Assembly: GCA_002189035.1 (NCBI GenBank)
Contig: NEEC01000068.1
Span: 1-17,954 of the forward strand
From: Utricularia gibba
Lineage: Eukaryota; Plantae; Magnoliophyta
Direction: 5' to 3'
Length of the DNA stretch: 17,954 bases
The notes beneath the pieces were generated by a model. It was not told the origin of the DNA. It did not search any database and saw only the letters and a program-made list of their open reading frames with translations. A program made the position numbers and the translations under genes. This document shows positions 1 through 13,242 of the stretch, piece by piece (within the stretch, counting starts at the first letter, position 1; every line of letters starts with the position of its first letter).

Positions 1-3000
1 CCAGCGAGACTGGCCGCCACAAAACGAGAAGCTGTTCCTTGAAAAACCATGTAGGCAGCCCCCAAAACTGAACGTTAATAAATACATCACATTTTCCGAG
101 CTACAACTAACTCTCGGCGCAAGCCAAACCTGACCTTTGTCCCGTTCTAGGTGCACCCAAGACCGCCTCCTCAAGTATAAGTTGTTGTGAAAAAATCATG
201 TGGGGTGCACGTGATATCGTAATTTAAACAAAGCATCATTTTTTTTTAATCGATTTGCATCCGGTTGACCTCATGAGCCATACATAATCGGGGTCAAGGA
301 CCAAGTTCCCAGCGAGACTGGCCGCCACAAAACGAAAGCTGTTCCTTGAAAACCATGTAGGCACCCCCAAAAAACTGAACGTTAATAAATACATCACTTT
401 ATTTTCCGAGCTACAACTAACTCTCCGCAAGCCAAACCTGACCTTTGTCCCGTTCTAGGTGCACCCCAAGACCGCCTCCTCAAGTATAAAGTAAGTTGTT
501 GAAAAAATCATGTGGGTGCACGTGATATCGTAATTTAAACAAAAGGCATCATTTTCTTTAATCGATTTGCATCCGGTTGACCTCATGAGCATACAGAATC
601 GGGGTCAAGGACCAAGTTCCCAGCGAGACTGGCCGCCACAAAACGAGAAGCTGTTCCTTGAAAAACCATGTAGGCAGCCCCGAAAACTGAACGTTAATAA
701 ATACATCACTTTTTTCCGAGCTACAACTAACTCTCGGCGCAAGCCAAACCTGACCTTTGTCCCGTTCTAGGTGCACCCCAAGACCGCCTCCTCAAGTATA
801 AAGTAAGTTGTTGAAAAAATCATGTGGGGTGCACGTGATATCGTAATTTAAACAAAGGCATCATTTTTTTTTAATCATTTATCCGGTTGACCTCATGAGC
901 CATACAGAATCGGGGGGACAAGTTCCAGCGAGACTGGCCGCCACAAAACGAGAAGCTGTTCCTTGAAAAACCATGTAGGCAGCCCCGAAAACTGAACGTT
1001 AATAAATACATCACTTTTTACAACTAACTCTCGGCGCAAGCCAAACTGACCTTTGTCCCGTTCTAGGTGCACCCCAAGACCGCCTCCAAGTAAAAGTAAG
1101 TTGTTGAAAAAATCATGTGGGGTGCACGTGATATCGTAATTTAAAAAAGGCATCATTTTTTAAATCGATTTCCATCCGGTTGACCTCATGAGCATACAGA
1201 ATCGGGTCAGGACCAAGTTCCCAGCGAGACTGGCCGCCAAAAAACGAGAAGCTAAAAACCATGTAGGCAGCCCCCAAAACTGAACGTTAATAAATACATC
1301 ACTTTATTTGCCGGCTACAACTAACTCTCGGCGCAAGCCAAACCTGACCTTTGTCCCGTTCCAGGTGCACCCAAGACCGCCTCACAAGTATAAAGCAAGT
1401 TGTTGAAAAAATCATGTGGGGTGCACGTGATATCGTAATTTAAAAAAGGCATCATTTTTTTTAATCGATTTGCATCCGGTTGACCTCATGAGCCATACAG
1501 AATCGGGGTCAAGGACCAAGTTCCCAGCGAGACTGGCCGCCACAAAACGAGAAGCTGTTCCTTGAAAAACCATGTAGGCAGCCCCCAAAAACTGAACGTT
1601 AATAAATACATCACTTTATTTTCCGAGCTACAACTAACTCTCGGCGCAAGCCAAACCTGACCTTTGTCCCGTTCTAGGTGCACCCCAAGACCGCTCCACA
1701 AGTATAAAGTAAGTTGTTGAAAAAATCATGTGGGGTGCACGTGATATCGTAATTTAAACAAAGGCATCATTTTTTTTAATCGATTTGCATCCGGTTGACC
1801 TCATGAGCATACAGAATCGGGGTCAAGGACCAAGTTCCCAGCGAGACTGGCCGCCACAAAACGAGAAGCTGTTCCTTGAAAAACCATGTAGGCAGCCCCC
1901 AAAACTGAACGTTAATAAATACATCACTTTATTTTCCGAGCTACAACTAACTCTCGGCGCAAGCCAAACCTGACCTTTGTCCCGTTCTAGGTGCACCCCA
2001 AGACCGCCTCCTCAAGTATAAAGTAAGTTGTTGAAAAAATCATGTGGGGTGCACGTGATATCGTAATTTAAAAAAGGCATCATTTTTTTAATCGATTTGC
2101 ATCCGGTTGACCTCATGAGCCATACATAATCGGGGTCAAGGACCAAGTTCCCAGCGAGACTGGCCGCCACAAAACGAGAAGCTGTTCCTTGAAAAACCAT
2201 GTAGGCAGCCCCAAAAACTGAACGTTAATAAATACATCACTTTATTTGCCGAGCTACAACTAACTCTCGGCGCAAGCCAAACCTGACCTTTGTCCCGTTC
2301 TAGGTGCACCCAAGACCGCCTCCTCAAGTATAAAGTAAGTTGTTGAAAAAATCATGTGGGGTGCACGTGATATCGTAATTTAAACAAAGGCATCATTTTT
2401 TTAATCGATTTCATCCGGTTGACCTCATGAGCCATACAGAATCGGGGTCAAGGACCAAGTTCCCAGCGAGACTGGCCGCCACAAAACGAGAAGCTGTTCC
2501 TTGAAAAACCATGTAGGCAGCCCCCAAAACTGAACGTTAATAAATACATCACTTTATTTTCCGAGCTACAACTAACTCTCGGCGCAAGCCAAACCTGACC
2601 TTTGTCCCGTTCTAGGTGCACCCCAAGACCGCCTCCTCAAGTATAAAGTAAGTTGTTGAAAAAATCATGTGGGGTGCACGTGATATCGTAATTTAAACAA
2701 AGGCATCATTTTTTTTAATCAATTTGCATCCGGTTGACCTCATGAGCATACAGAATCGGGGTCAAGGACCAAGTTCCCAGCGAGACTGGCCGCCACAAAA
2801 CGAGAAGCTGTTCCTTGAAAAACCATGTAGGCAGCCCCCAAAACTGAACGTTAATAAATACATCACTTTATTTTCCGAGCTACAACTAACTCTCGGCGCA
2901 AGCCAAACCTGACCTTTGTCCCGTTCTAGGTGCACCCCAAGACCGCCTCCTCAAGTATAAAGTAAGTTGTTGAAAAAATCATGTGGGGTGCACGTGATAT

Positions 3001-5937
3001 CGTAATTTAAACAAGGCATCATTTTTTTAATCGATTTGCATCCGGTTGACCTCATGAGCCATACAGAATCGGGGTCAAGGACCAAGTTCCCAGCGAGACT
3101 GGCCGCCACAAAACGAGAAGCTGTTCCTTGAAAAACCATGTAGGCAGCCCCCAAAAACTGAACGTTAATAAATACATCACTTTATTTTCCGAGCTACAAC
3201 TAACTCTCGGCGCAAGCCAAACCTGACCTTTGTCCCGTTCTAGGTGCACCCCAAGACCGCCTCCTCAAGTATAAAGTAAGTTGTTGAAAAAATCATGTGG
3301 GGTGCACGTGATATCGTAATTTAAAAAAAGGCATCATTTTTTTAATCGATTTGCATCCGGTTGACCTCATGAGCCATACAGAATCGGGGTCAAGGACCAA
3401 GTTCCCAGCGAGACTGGCCGCCACAAAACGAGAAGCTGTTCCTTGAAAAACCATGTAGGCAGCCCCCAAAAACTGAACGTTAATAAATACATCACTTTAT
3501 TTTCCGAGCTACAACTAACTCTCGGCGCAAGCCAAACCTGACCTTTGTCCCGTTCTAGGTGCACCCCAAGACCGCCTCCTCAAGTATAAAGTAAGTTGTT
3601 GAAAAAATCATGTGGGGTGCACGTGATATCGTAATTTAAACAAAGGCATCATTTTTTTAATCGATTTGCATCCGGTTGACCTCATGAGCATACAAATCGG
3701 GGTCAAGGACCAAGTTCCCAGCGAGACTGGCCGCCACAAAACGAGAAGCTGTTCCTTGAAAAACCATGTAGGCAGCCCCCAAAACTGAACGTTAATAAAT
3801 ACATCACTTTATTTTCCGAGCTACAACTAACTCTCGGCGCAAGCCAAACCTGACCTTTGTCCCGTTCTAGGTGCACCCCAAGACCGCCTCCTCAAGTATA
3901 AAGTAAGTTGTTGAAAAAATCATGTGGGGTGCACGTGATATCGTAATTTAAACAAAGGCATCATTTTTTTAATCGATTTGCATCCGGTTGACCTCATGAG
4001 CATACATAATCGGGGTCAAGGACCAAGTTCCCAGCGAGACTGGCCGCCACAAAACGAGAAGCTGTTCCTTGAAAAACCATGTAGGCAGCCCCCAAAACTG
4101 AACGTTAATAAATACATCACTTTATTTTCCGAGCTACAACTAACTCTCGGCGCAAGCCAAACCTGACCTTTGTCCCGTTCTAGGTGCACCCCAAGACCGC
4201 CTCCTCAAGTATAAAGTAAGTTGTTGAAAAAATCATGTGGGGTGCACGTGATATCGTAATTTAAACAAAGGCATCATTTTTTTTTAATCGATTTGCATCC
4301 GGTTGACCTCATGAGCCATACATAATCGGGGTCAAGGACCAAGTTCCCAGCGAGACTGGCCGCCACAAAACGAGAAGCTGTTCCTTGAAAAACCATGTAG
4401 GCAGCCCCCAAAACTGAACGTTAATAAATACATCACTTTATTTTCCGAGCTACAACTAACTCTCGGCGCAAGCCAAACCTGACCTTTGTCCCGTTCTAGG
4501 TGCACCCCAAGACCGCCTCCTCAAGTATAAAGTAAGTTGTTGAAAAAATCATGTGGGGTGCACGTGATATCGTAATTTAAACAAAGGCATCATTTTTTTA
4601 ATCATTTGCATCCGGTTGACCTCATGAGCATACATAATCGGGGTCAAGGACCAAGTTCCCAGCGAGACTGGCCGCCACAAAACGAGAAGCTGTTCCTTGA
4701 AAAACCATGTAGGCAGCCCCCAAAACTGAACGTTAATAAATACATCACTTTATTTTCCGAGCTACAACTAACTCTCGGCGCAAGCCAAACCTGACCTTTG
4801 TCCCGTTCTAGGTGCACCCCAAGACCGCCTCCTCAAGTATAAAGTAAGTTGTTGAAAAAATCATGTGGGGTGCACGTGATATCGTAATTTAAACAAAGGC
4901 ATCATTTTTTTTAATCGATTTGCATCCGGTTGACCTCATGAGCATACAGAATCGGGGTCAAGGACCAAGTTCCCAGCGAGACTGGCCGCCACAAAACGAG
5001 AAGCTGTTCCTTGAAAAACCATGTAGGCAGCCCCCAAAACTGAACGTTAATAAATACATCACTTTATTTTCCGAGCTACAACTAACTCTCGGCGCAAGCC
5101 AAACCTGACCTTTGTCCCGTTCTAGGTGCACCCCAAGACCGCCTCCTCAAGTATAAAGTAAGTTGTTGAAAAAATCATGTGGGGTGCACGTGATATCGTA
5201 ATTTAAACAAAGGCATCATTTTTTTAATCGATTTGCATCCGGTTGACCTCATGAGCATACAGAATCGGGGTCAAGGACCAAGTTCCCAGCGAGACTGGCC
5301 GCCACAAACGAGAAGCTGTTCCTTGAAAAACCATGTAGGCAGCCCCCAAAACTGAACGTTAATAAATACATCACTTTATTTGCCGAGCTACAACTAACTC
5401 TCGGCGCAAGCCAAACCTGACCTTTGTCCCGTTCTGCACCCAAGACCGCCTCCTCAAGTATAAAGTAAGTTGTTGAAAAAATCATGTGGGGTGCACGTGA
5501 TATCGTAATTTAAAAAAGGCATCAGACATCCGGTTGACCTCATGAGCCATACAGAATCGGGGTCAAGGACCAAGTTCCCAGCGAGACTGGCCGCCACAAA
5601 ACGAGAAGCTGTTCCTTGAAAAACCATGTAGGCAGCCCCCAAAAACTGAACGTTAATAAATACATCACTTTATTTTCCGAGCTACAACTAACTCTCGGCG
5701 CAAGCCAAACCTGACCTTTGTCCCGTTCTAGGTGCACCCCAAGACCGCCTCCTCAAGTATAAAGTAAGTTGTTGAAAAAATCATGTGGGGTGCACGTGAT
5801 ATCGTAATTTAAAAAAGGCATCATTTTTTTAATCGATTTGCATCCGGTTGACCTCATGTATCGGGGTCAAGGACCAAGTTCCCAGCGAGACTGGCCGCCA
5901 CAAAACGAGAAGCTGTTCCTTGAAAAACCATGTAGGC
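1..5937. repeat. Left homogeneous block, about 19 near-complete monomers
   Basis: 19 successive gacctcatg landmarks between ~266 and ~5850. Differences are mostly homopolymer-length changes and small deletions, plus a few recurrent substitutions. Confidence 0.9.
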
Positions 5938-8900
5938 ATGTTGGGTGACAGGTGCATGTCAACGTCCAGGGTTGACCTCATGAGCCATACAGAATTTTTG
6001 GCCGCCACAAAACGAGAAGCTGTTCCTTGAAAAACCATGTAGGCAGCCCCAAAACTGAACGTGAGCTACGTGAAGGTGCACCCCAAGACCGCCTCCTCAA
6101 GTATACATGTGGGGTGCACGTGATATCGTAATTTAATCATGCATCCGGTTGACCTCATGAGCATACATAATCAAGGACCAAGTTCCCAGCGAGACTGGCC
6201 GCCACAAAACGAGAAGCTGTTCCTTGAAAAACCATGTAGGCCTGAACGTTGAGCTACAACTAACTCTCGGCGCAAGCCAAACCTGACCTTTGTCCCGTTC
6301 TAGGTGCACCCCAAGACCGCCTCCTCAAGTATAAAGTAAGTTGTTGAAAAAATCATGTGGGGTGCACGTGATATCGTAATTTAAACAAAGGCATCATTTT
6401 TTTAATCGATTTGCATCCGGTTGACCTCATGAGCATACAGAATCGGGGTCAAGGACCAAGTTCCCAGCGAGACTGGCCGCCACAAAACGAGAAGCTGTTC
6501 CTTGAAAAACCATGTAGGCAGCCCCCAAAACTGAACGTTAATAAATACATCACTTTAGAGCGTGAAGGTGCACCCCAAGACCGCCTCCTCAAGTATAAAG
6601 TAAGTTGTTGAAAAAATCATGTGGGGTGCACGTGATATCGTAATTTAAACAAAGGCATCATTTTTTAATCTTTCATCCGGTTGACCTCATGAGCCATACA
6701 GAATCGGGGTCAAGGACCAAGTTCCCAGCGAGACTGGCCGCCACAAAACGAGAAGCTGTTCCTTGAAAAACCATGTAGGCAGCCCCCAAAACTGAACGTT
6801 AATAAATACATCACTTTATTTTACAACTAACTCTCGGCGCAAGCCAAACCTGACCTTTGTCCCGTTCTAGGTGCACCCCAAGACCGCCTCCTCAAGTATA
6901 AAGTAAGTTGTTGAAAAAATCATGTGGGGTGCACGTGATATCGTAATTTAAACAAAGGCATCATTTTTTTTAATCCATCCGGTTGACCTCATGAGCATAC
7001 ATAATCGGGGTCAAGGACCAAGTTCCCAGCGAGACTGGCCGCCACAAAACGAGAAGCTGTTCCTTGAAAAACCATGTAGGCAGCCCCCAAAACTGAACGT
7101 TAATAAATACATCACTTTATTTTCCGAGCTACAACTAACTCTCGGCGCAAGCCAAACCTGACCTTTGTCCCGTTCTAGGTGCACCCCAAGACCGCCTCCT
7201 CAAGTATAAAGTAAGTTGTTGAAAAAATCATGTGGGGTGCACGTGATATCGTAATTTAAACAAAGGCATCATTTTTTTAATCGAATCCGGTTGACCTTAC
7301 CGGGGTCAAGGACCAAGTTCCCAGCGAGACTGGCCGCCACAAAACGAGAAGCTGTTCCTTGAAAAACCATGTAGGCAGCCCCCAAAACTGAACGTTAATA
7401 AATACATCACTTTATTTCCGAGCTACAACTAACTCTCGGCGCAAGCCAAACCTGACCTTTGTCCCGTTCTAGGTGCACCCCAAGACCGCCTCCTCAAGTA
7501 TAAAGCCAACGTGATATCCCAGGGTTGACCTCATGAGCCATACAGAATCGGGGTCAAGGACCAAGTTCCCAGCGAGACTGGCCGCCACAAAACGAGAAGC
7601 TGTTCCTTGAAAAACCATGTAGGCAGCCCCCAAAAACTGAACGTTAATAAATACATCACTTTATTTTCCGAGCTACAACTAACTCTCGGCGCAAGCCAAA
7701 CCTGACCTTTGTCCCGTTCTAGGTGCACCCCAAGTATAAAGTAAGTTGTTGAAAAAATCATGTGGGGTGCACGTGATATCGTAATTTAAACAAAGGCATC
7801 ATGAAAGAATACCCTTCTTGAAAAACCATGTAGGCAGCCTGAACGTTAATAAATACATCACTTTATTTTGTGACAGGTGCACCCCAAGACCGCCTCCTCA
7901 AGTATAAAGTAAGTTGTTGAAAAAATCATGTGGGGTGCACGTGATATCGTAATTTAAAAAAGGCATCATTTTTTTAATCGATTTGCATCACCTCATGAGC
8001 CATTCGGGGTTTCCCAGCGAGACTGGCCGCCACAAAACGAGAAGCTGTTCCTTGAAAAACCATGTAGGCAGCCCCCAAAAACTGAACGTTAATAAATACA
8101 TCACTTTATTTCCGAGCTACAACTAACTCTCGCGCAAGCCAAACCTGACCTTTGTCCCGTTCTAGGTGCACCCCAAGACCGCCTCCTCAAGTATAAAGTA
8201 AGTTGTTGAAAAAATCATGTGGGGTGCACGTGATATCGTAATTTAAACAAAGGCATCATTTTTTTAATCGGGTTGACCTCATGAGCATACATCGGGGTCA
8301 CCAAGTTCCCAGCGAGACTGGCCGCCACAAAACGAGAAGCTGTTCCTTGAAAAACCATGTAGGCAGCCCCCAAAACTGAACGTTAATAAATACATCACTT
8401 TATTTTCCGAGCTACAACTAACTCTCGGCGCAAGCCAAACCTGACCTTTGTCCCGTTCTAGGTGCACCCCAAGACCGCCTCCTCAAGTATAAAGTAAGTT
8501 GTTGAAAAAATCATGTGGGGTGCACGTGATATCGTAATTTAAACAAAGGCATCATTTTTTTAATCGATTTGCATCCGGTTGACCTCATGAGCCATGGGGT
8601 CAAGGACCAAGTTCCCAGTGGCCGCCACAAAACGAGAAGCTGTTCCTTGAAAAACCATGTAGGCAGCCCCCAAAACTGAACGTTAATAAATACATCACTT
8701 TATTTTCCGAGCTACAACTAACTCTCGGCAAGCCAAACCTGACCTTTGTCCCGTTCTAGGTGCACCCCAAGACCGCCTCCTCAAGTATAAAGTAAGTTGT
8801 TGAAAAAATCATGTGGGGTGCACGTGATATCGTAATTTAAACAAAGGCATCAGCATAGAGCCATTTTTCCAAGACTGGCCGCCACAAAACGAGAAGCTGT

Positions 8901-11900
8901 TCCTTGAAAAACCATGTAGGCAGCCCCCTGAACGTGAGGTGACAGGTGCACCCCAAGAAAATACATGTGGGGTGCACGTGATATCGTAATTTAAACATCA
9001 AGAGCACGCTTTGGCCGCCACAAAACGAGAAGCTGTTCCTTGAAAAACCATGTAGGCAGCTGAACGTTGAGTGACAACCCCAAGACCGCCTCCTCAAGTA
9101 TAAAGTAAGTTGTTGAAAAAATCATGTGGGGTGCACGTGATATCGTAATTTAAACAAAGGCATCAGGAGAGGGCTGAGAAGAGAAGCTGTTCCTTGAAAA
9201 ACCATGTAGGCAGCCCCCAAAACTGAACGTGGGTCAACCAACCTCGCGCAACTGGCTGTTGTTGAAAAACCATCATTGGGTGAAGGTGCACCCCAAGACC
9301 GCCTCCTCAAGTATAAAGTAAGTTGTTGAAAAAATCATGTGGGGTGCACGTGATATTTAAACAAAGGCATCATTTTTTTAATTTAAACCGGCATCATTGT
9401 TTTTCATTTGAGGGTCACCTCACCAACCCCAGGGAGAGGGCAAGTTCCCAGCGAGACTGGCCGAGAAGCTGTTCCTTGAAAAACCATGTAGGCAGCCCCC
9501 GAAAAGAACGTTAATAAATACATCACCGGCAGAGCTACAACTAACTCTCGTTAATCCTTTGTACCGTGAAGGTGCACCCCAAGACCGCCTCCTCAAGTAT
9601 AAAGTAAGTTGTTGAAAAAATCATGTGGGGTGCACGTGATATCGTAATTTAAACAAAGGCATCATTTTTTTTTTTGAAAAACCATCCGGTTGACGTGACA
9701 ACTAACATCAAGGCGCAAGCCCCTGGCCTTTGTCCTTGTGTGAAAAACCAAGTATAAAGTAAGGCATGCACCCAAAGGCATCATTTTTTAATAATACATT
9801 TTTGAGCTACAACTAACTCTCGGCGCAAGCCAAACCTGACCTTTGTCCCGTTCTAGGTGCACCCCAAGACCGCCTCCTCAAGTATAAAGTAAGTCAAGAA
9901 AAAATCATGTGGGGCGAGACTGGCCGCCACAAAACGAGAAGCTGTTCCTTGAAAAACCATGTTGAACGTTAGGTGTTAATAACATCTCGGCGCAAGCCAT
10001 AACGGGGTCAAGGACCAAGTTCCCAGCGAGACTGGCCGCCACAAAACGAGAAGCTGTTCCTTGAAAAACCATGTAGGCAGCCGTTGAACGTGAAGACCGC
10101 CTCCTCAAGTATAAAGTAAGTTGTTGAAAAAATCATCACCCGAGCCTCCGTCTTTTAAACCATGTTTTGAGGTGAAGGTGCACCCCAAGACCGCCTCCTC
10201 AAGTATAAAGTAAGTTGTTGAAAAAATCATGTGTGGTGGCATCATTTTTTTAATCGATTTGGTTGACCTCATGAGCGGGGTCAAGGACCAAGTTCCCAGC
10301 GAGACTGGCCGCCACAAAACGAGAAGCTGTTCCTTGAAAAACCATGTAGGCAGCCCCCTTTAGAACGTTAATAAGTATACATCACGTCGTAATTTTCCGC
10401 CACACATACCGGGGTCTTCCCAGCGAGACTGGCCGCCACAAAACGAGAAGCTGTTCCTTGAAAAACCATGTAGGCAGCCCCCTGAACGTTGAACGTTAGG
10501 TGCATAAGTATACATCACGCCTCCGAGCAAGTAACTCTATTGTGTTTTGTGTGACAGGTGCACCCCAAGACCGCCTCATGCAAGTATAAAGTAAGACTTG
10601 TTCCTTGAAAAACCATGTAGGCATGTGAGGTGACAATCCTCAAGTATAACCAATGGGCATCATTTTTTTAATCGATTTGCATCCGGTTGACCTCATGAGC
10701 GAATAAGGACCAAGTTCCCAGCGAGACTGGCCGCCACAAAACGAGAAGCTGTTCCTTGAAAAACCATGTAGGCAGCCCCCAAAACTGAACGTTAATAAAT
10801 ACATCACTTTATTTTACAACGGCGCAAGCCAAACCTGACAACCCCAAGACCGCCTCCTCAACATCACGTCGTAATCGCAAGAGGGCTTCCCAGCGAGACT
10901 GGCTGTTCAAAAACCATGTAGGCAGCCGTTGTGTGAAGACTAAGTATAAAGTAAGTTGTCCATCATGCCACCTCAAGCGAATCCTTTGGCCGCCACAAAA
11001 CGAGAAGCTCCATTTTGTAGGCAAGCCCCCAATCCTCAAGTATAAAGTAAGTTGTTGAAAAAATCATGTGGGGTGCACGTGATATCGTAATTTAAACAAA
11101 GGCATCATTTTTTTAATCTTTATCACCTCATGAGCATTCGGGGTCAAGGACCAAGTTCCCAGCGAGACTGGCCGCCACAAAACGAGAAGCTGTTCCTTGA
11201 AAAACCATGTAGGCAGCCCCCAAAACTGAACGTTAATAAATACATCACTTTACCGAGCTACGGTTTTGTCCCGTTCTAGGTGCACCCCAAGACCGCCTCC
11301 TCAAGTATAAAGTAAGTTGTTGAAAAAATCATGTGGGGTGCACGTGATATCGTAATTTAAACAAAGGCATCATTTTTTTTAATCGCATCCGGTTGACCTC
11401 ATGAGCATACATAATCGGGGTCAAGGACCAAGTTCCCAGCGAGACTGGCCGCCACAAAACGAGAAGCTGTTCCTTGAAAAACCATGTAGGCAGCCCCCAA
11501 AAACTGAACGTTAATAAATACATCACTTTATTTTCCGAGCTACAACTAACTCTCGGCGCAAGCCAAACCTGACCTTTGTCCCGTTCTAGGTGCACCCCAA
11601 GACCGCCTCCTCAAGTATAAAGTAAGTTGTTGAAAAAATCATGTGGGGTGCACGTGATATCGTAATTTAAACAAAGGCATCATTTTTTTAATCGATTTGC
11701 AACCTCATGAGCATGGGGTCATTCCCAGCGAGAACAAAACGAGAAGCTGTTCCTTGAAAAACCATGTAGGCAGCCCCCAAAACTGAACGTTAATAAATAC
11801 ATCACTTTATTTTCCGAGCTACAACTAACTCTCGGCGCAAGCCAAACCTGACCTTTGTCCCGTTCTAGGTGCACCCCAAGACCGCCTCCTCAAGTATAAA

Positions 11901-13047
11901 GTAAGTTGTTGAAAAAATCATGTGGGGTGCACGTGATATCGTAATTTAAACAAAGGCATCAGCGGTTGACCTCATGAGCCATACACCTTCCCAGCGAGAC
12001 TGGCCGCCACAAAACGAGAAGCTGTTCCTTGAAAAACCATGTAGGCAGCCCCAAAACTGAACGTTAATAAATACATCACTTTATTTGGTACGTGAAGACC
12101 GACCGCCTCCTCAAGTATAAAGTAAGTTGTTGAAAAAATCATGTGGGTGCACGTGATATCGTAATTTAAATCATGATTTGCATACCTCATGAGCATACAT
12201 AATCGGGGTCAAGGACCAAGTTCCCAGCGAGACTGGCCGCCACAAAACGAGAAGCTGTTCCTTGAAAAACCATGTAGGCAGCCCCCAAAACTGAACGTTA
12301 ATAAATACATCACTTTATTTCCGAGCTACAACTAACTCTCGGCGCAAGCCAAACCTGACCTTTGTCCCGTTCTAGGTGCACCCCAAGACCGCCTCCTCAA
12401 GTATAAAGTAAGTTGTTGAAAAAATCATGTGGGGTGCACGTGATATCGTAATTTAAACAAAGGCATCATTTTCGATTTGCATCCGGTTGACCTCATGAGC
12501 ATACAGAATCGGGGGACCAAGTTCCCAGCGAGACTGGCCGCCACAAAACGAGAAGCTGTTCCTTGAAAAACCATGTAGGCAGCCCCAAAACTGAACGTTA
12601 ATAAATACATCACTTTATTTGCCGAGCTACAACTAACTCTCGGCGCAAGCCAAACCTGACCTTTGTCCCGTTCTAGGTGCACCCCAAGACCGCCTCCTCA
12701 AGTATAAAGTAAGTTGTTGAAAAAATCATGTGGGGTGCACGTGATATCGTAATTTAAACAAAGGCATCAGATTTGCATCCGGTTGACCTCATGAGCCCCT
12801 AATTGTTCCTTGAAAAACCATCATTGAGGTGAAGGTGCACTAAGTATACATCACGCCGCAAGTGCTTTTGTTCCTTGAAAAACCATGTTTTCATCACTTT
12901 ATTTGTACAACTAACTCTCGTGACAGGTGCACCCCAAGACCGCCTCCTATACAACGTGATATCGTAAGGCATCAAATCGATTGGTTGACCTCATGAGCCA
13001 TATCATGCGAGACTGGCTGTTCAAAAACATGTAGGCATGAACGTGTA
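5938..13047. repeat. Central degenerate block of deleted and mosaic monomers interspersed with near-intact ones (possible basecalling or consensus artefact)
   Basis: The first large break follows ccatgtaggca at ~5938, and continuous clean repeat resumes at ggcgcaagcc at 13048. Fragments are nearly all pieces of the monomer on the same strand. The most scrambled parts are ~8830-11040 and ~12780-13047. Confidence 0.85.
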
Positions 13048-13242
13048 GGCGCAAGCCAAACCTGACCTTTGTCCCGTTCTAGGTGCACCCCAAGACCGCC
13101 TCCTCAAGTATAAAGTAAGTTGTTGAAAAAATCATGTGGGTGCACGTGATATCGTAATTTAAACAAAGGCATCATTTTTTTAATCGATTTGCATCCGGTT
13201 GACCTCATGAGCCATACAGAATCGGGGTCAAGGACCAAGTTC

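Noticed and set aside
5938-13047. CRISPR-like array or inserted unique or mobile sequence in the variable zone
   Set aside because: There is no constant 23-50-nt repeat with unique equal-length spacers. The variable stretches are rearranged monomer fragments with only short fillers, and I saw no TIR/TSD-bounded insert or transposase ORF.
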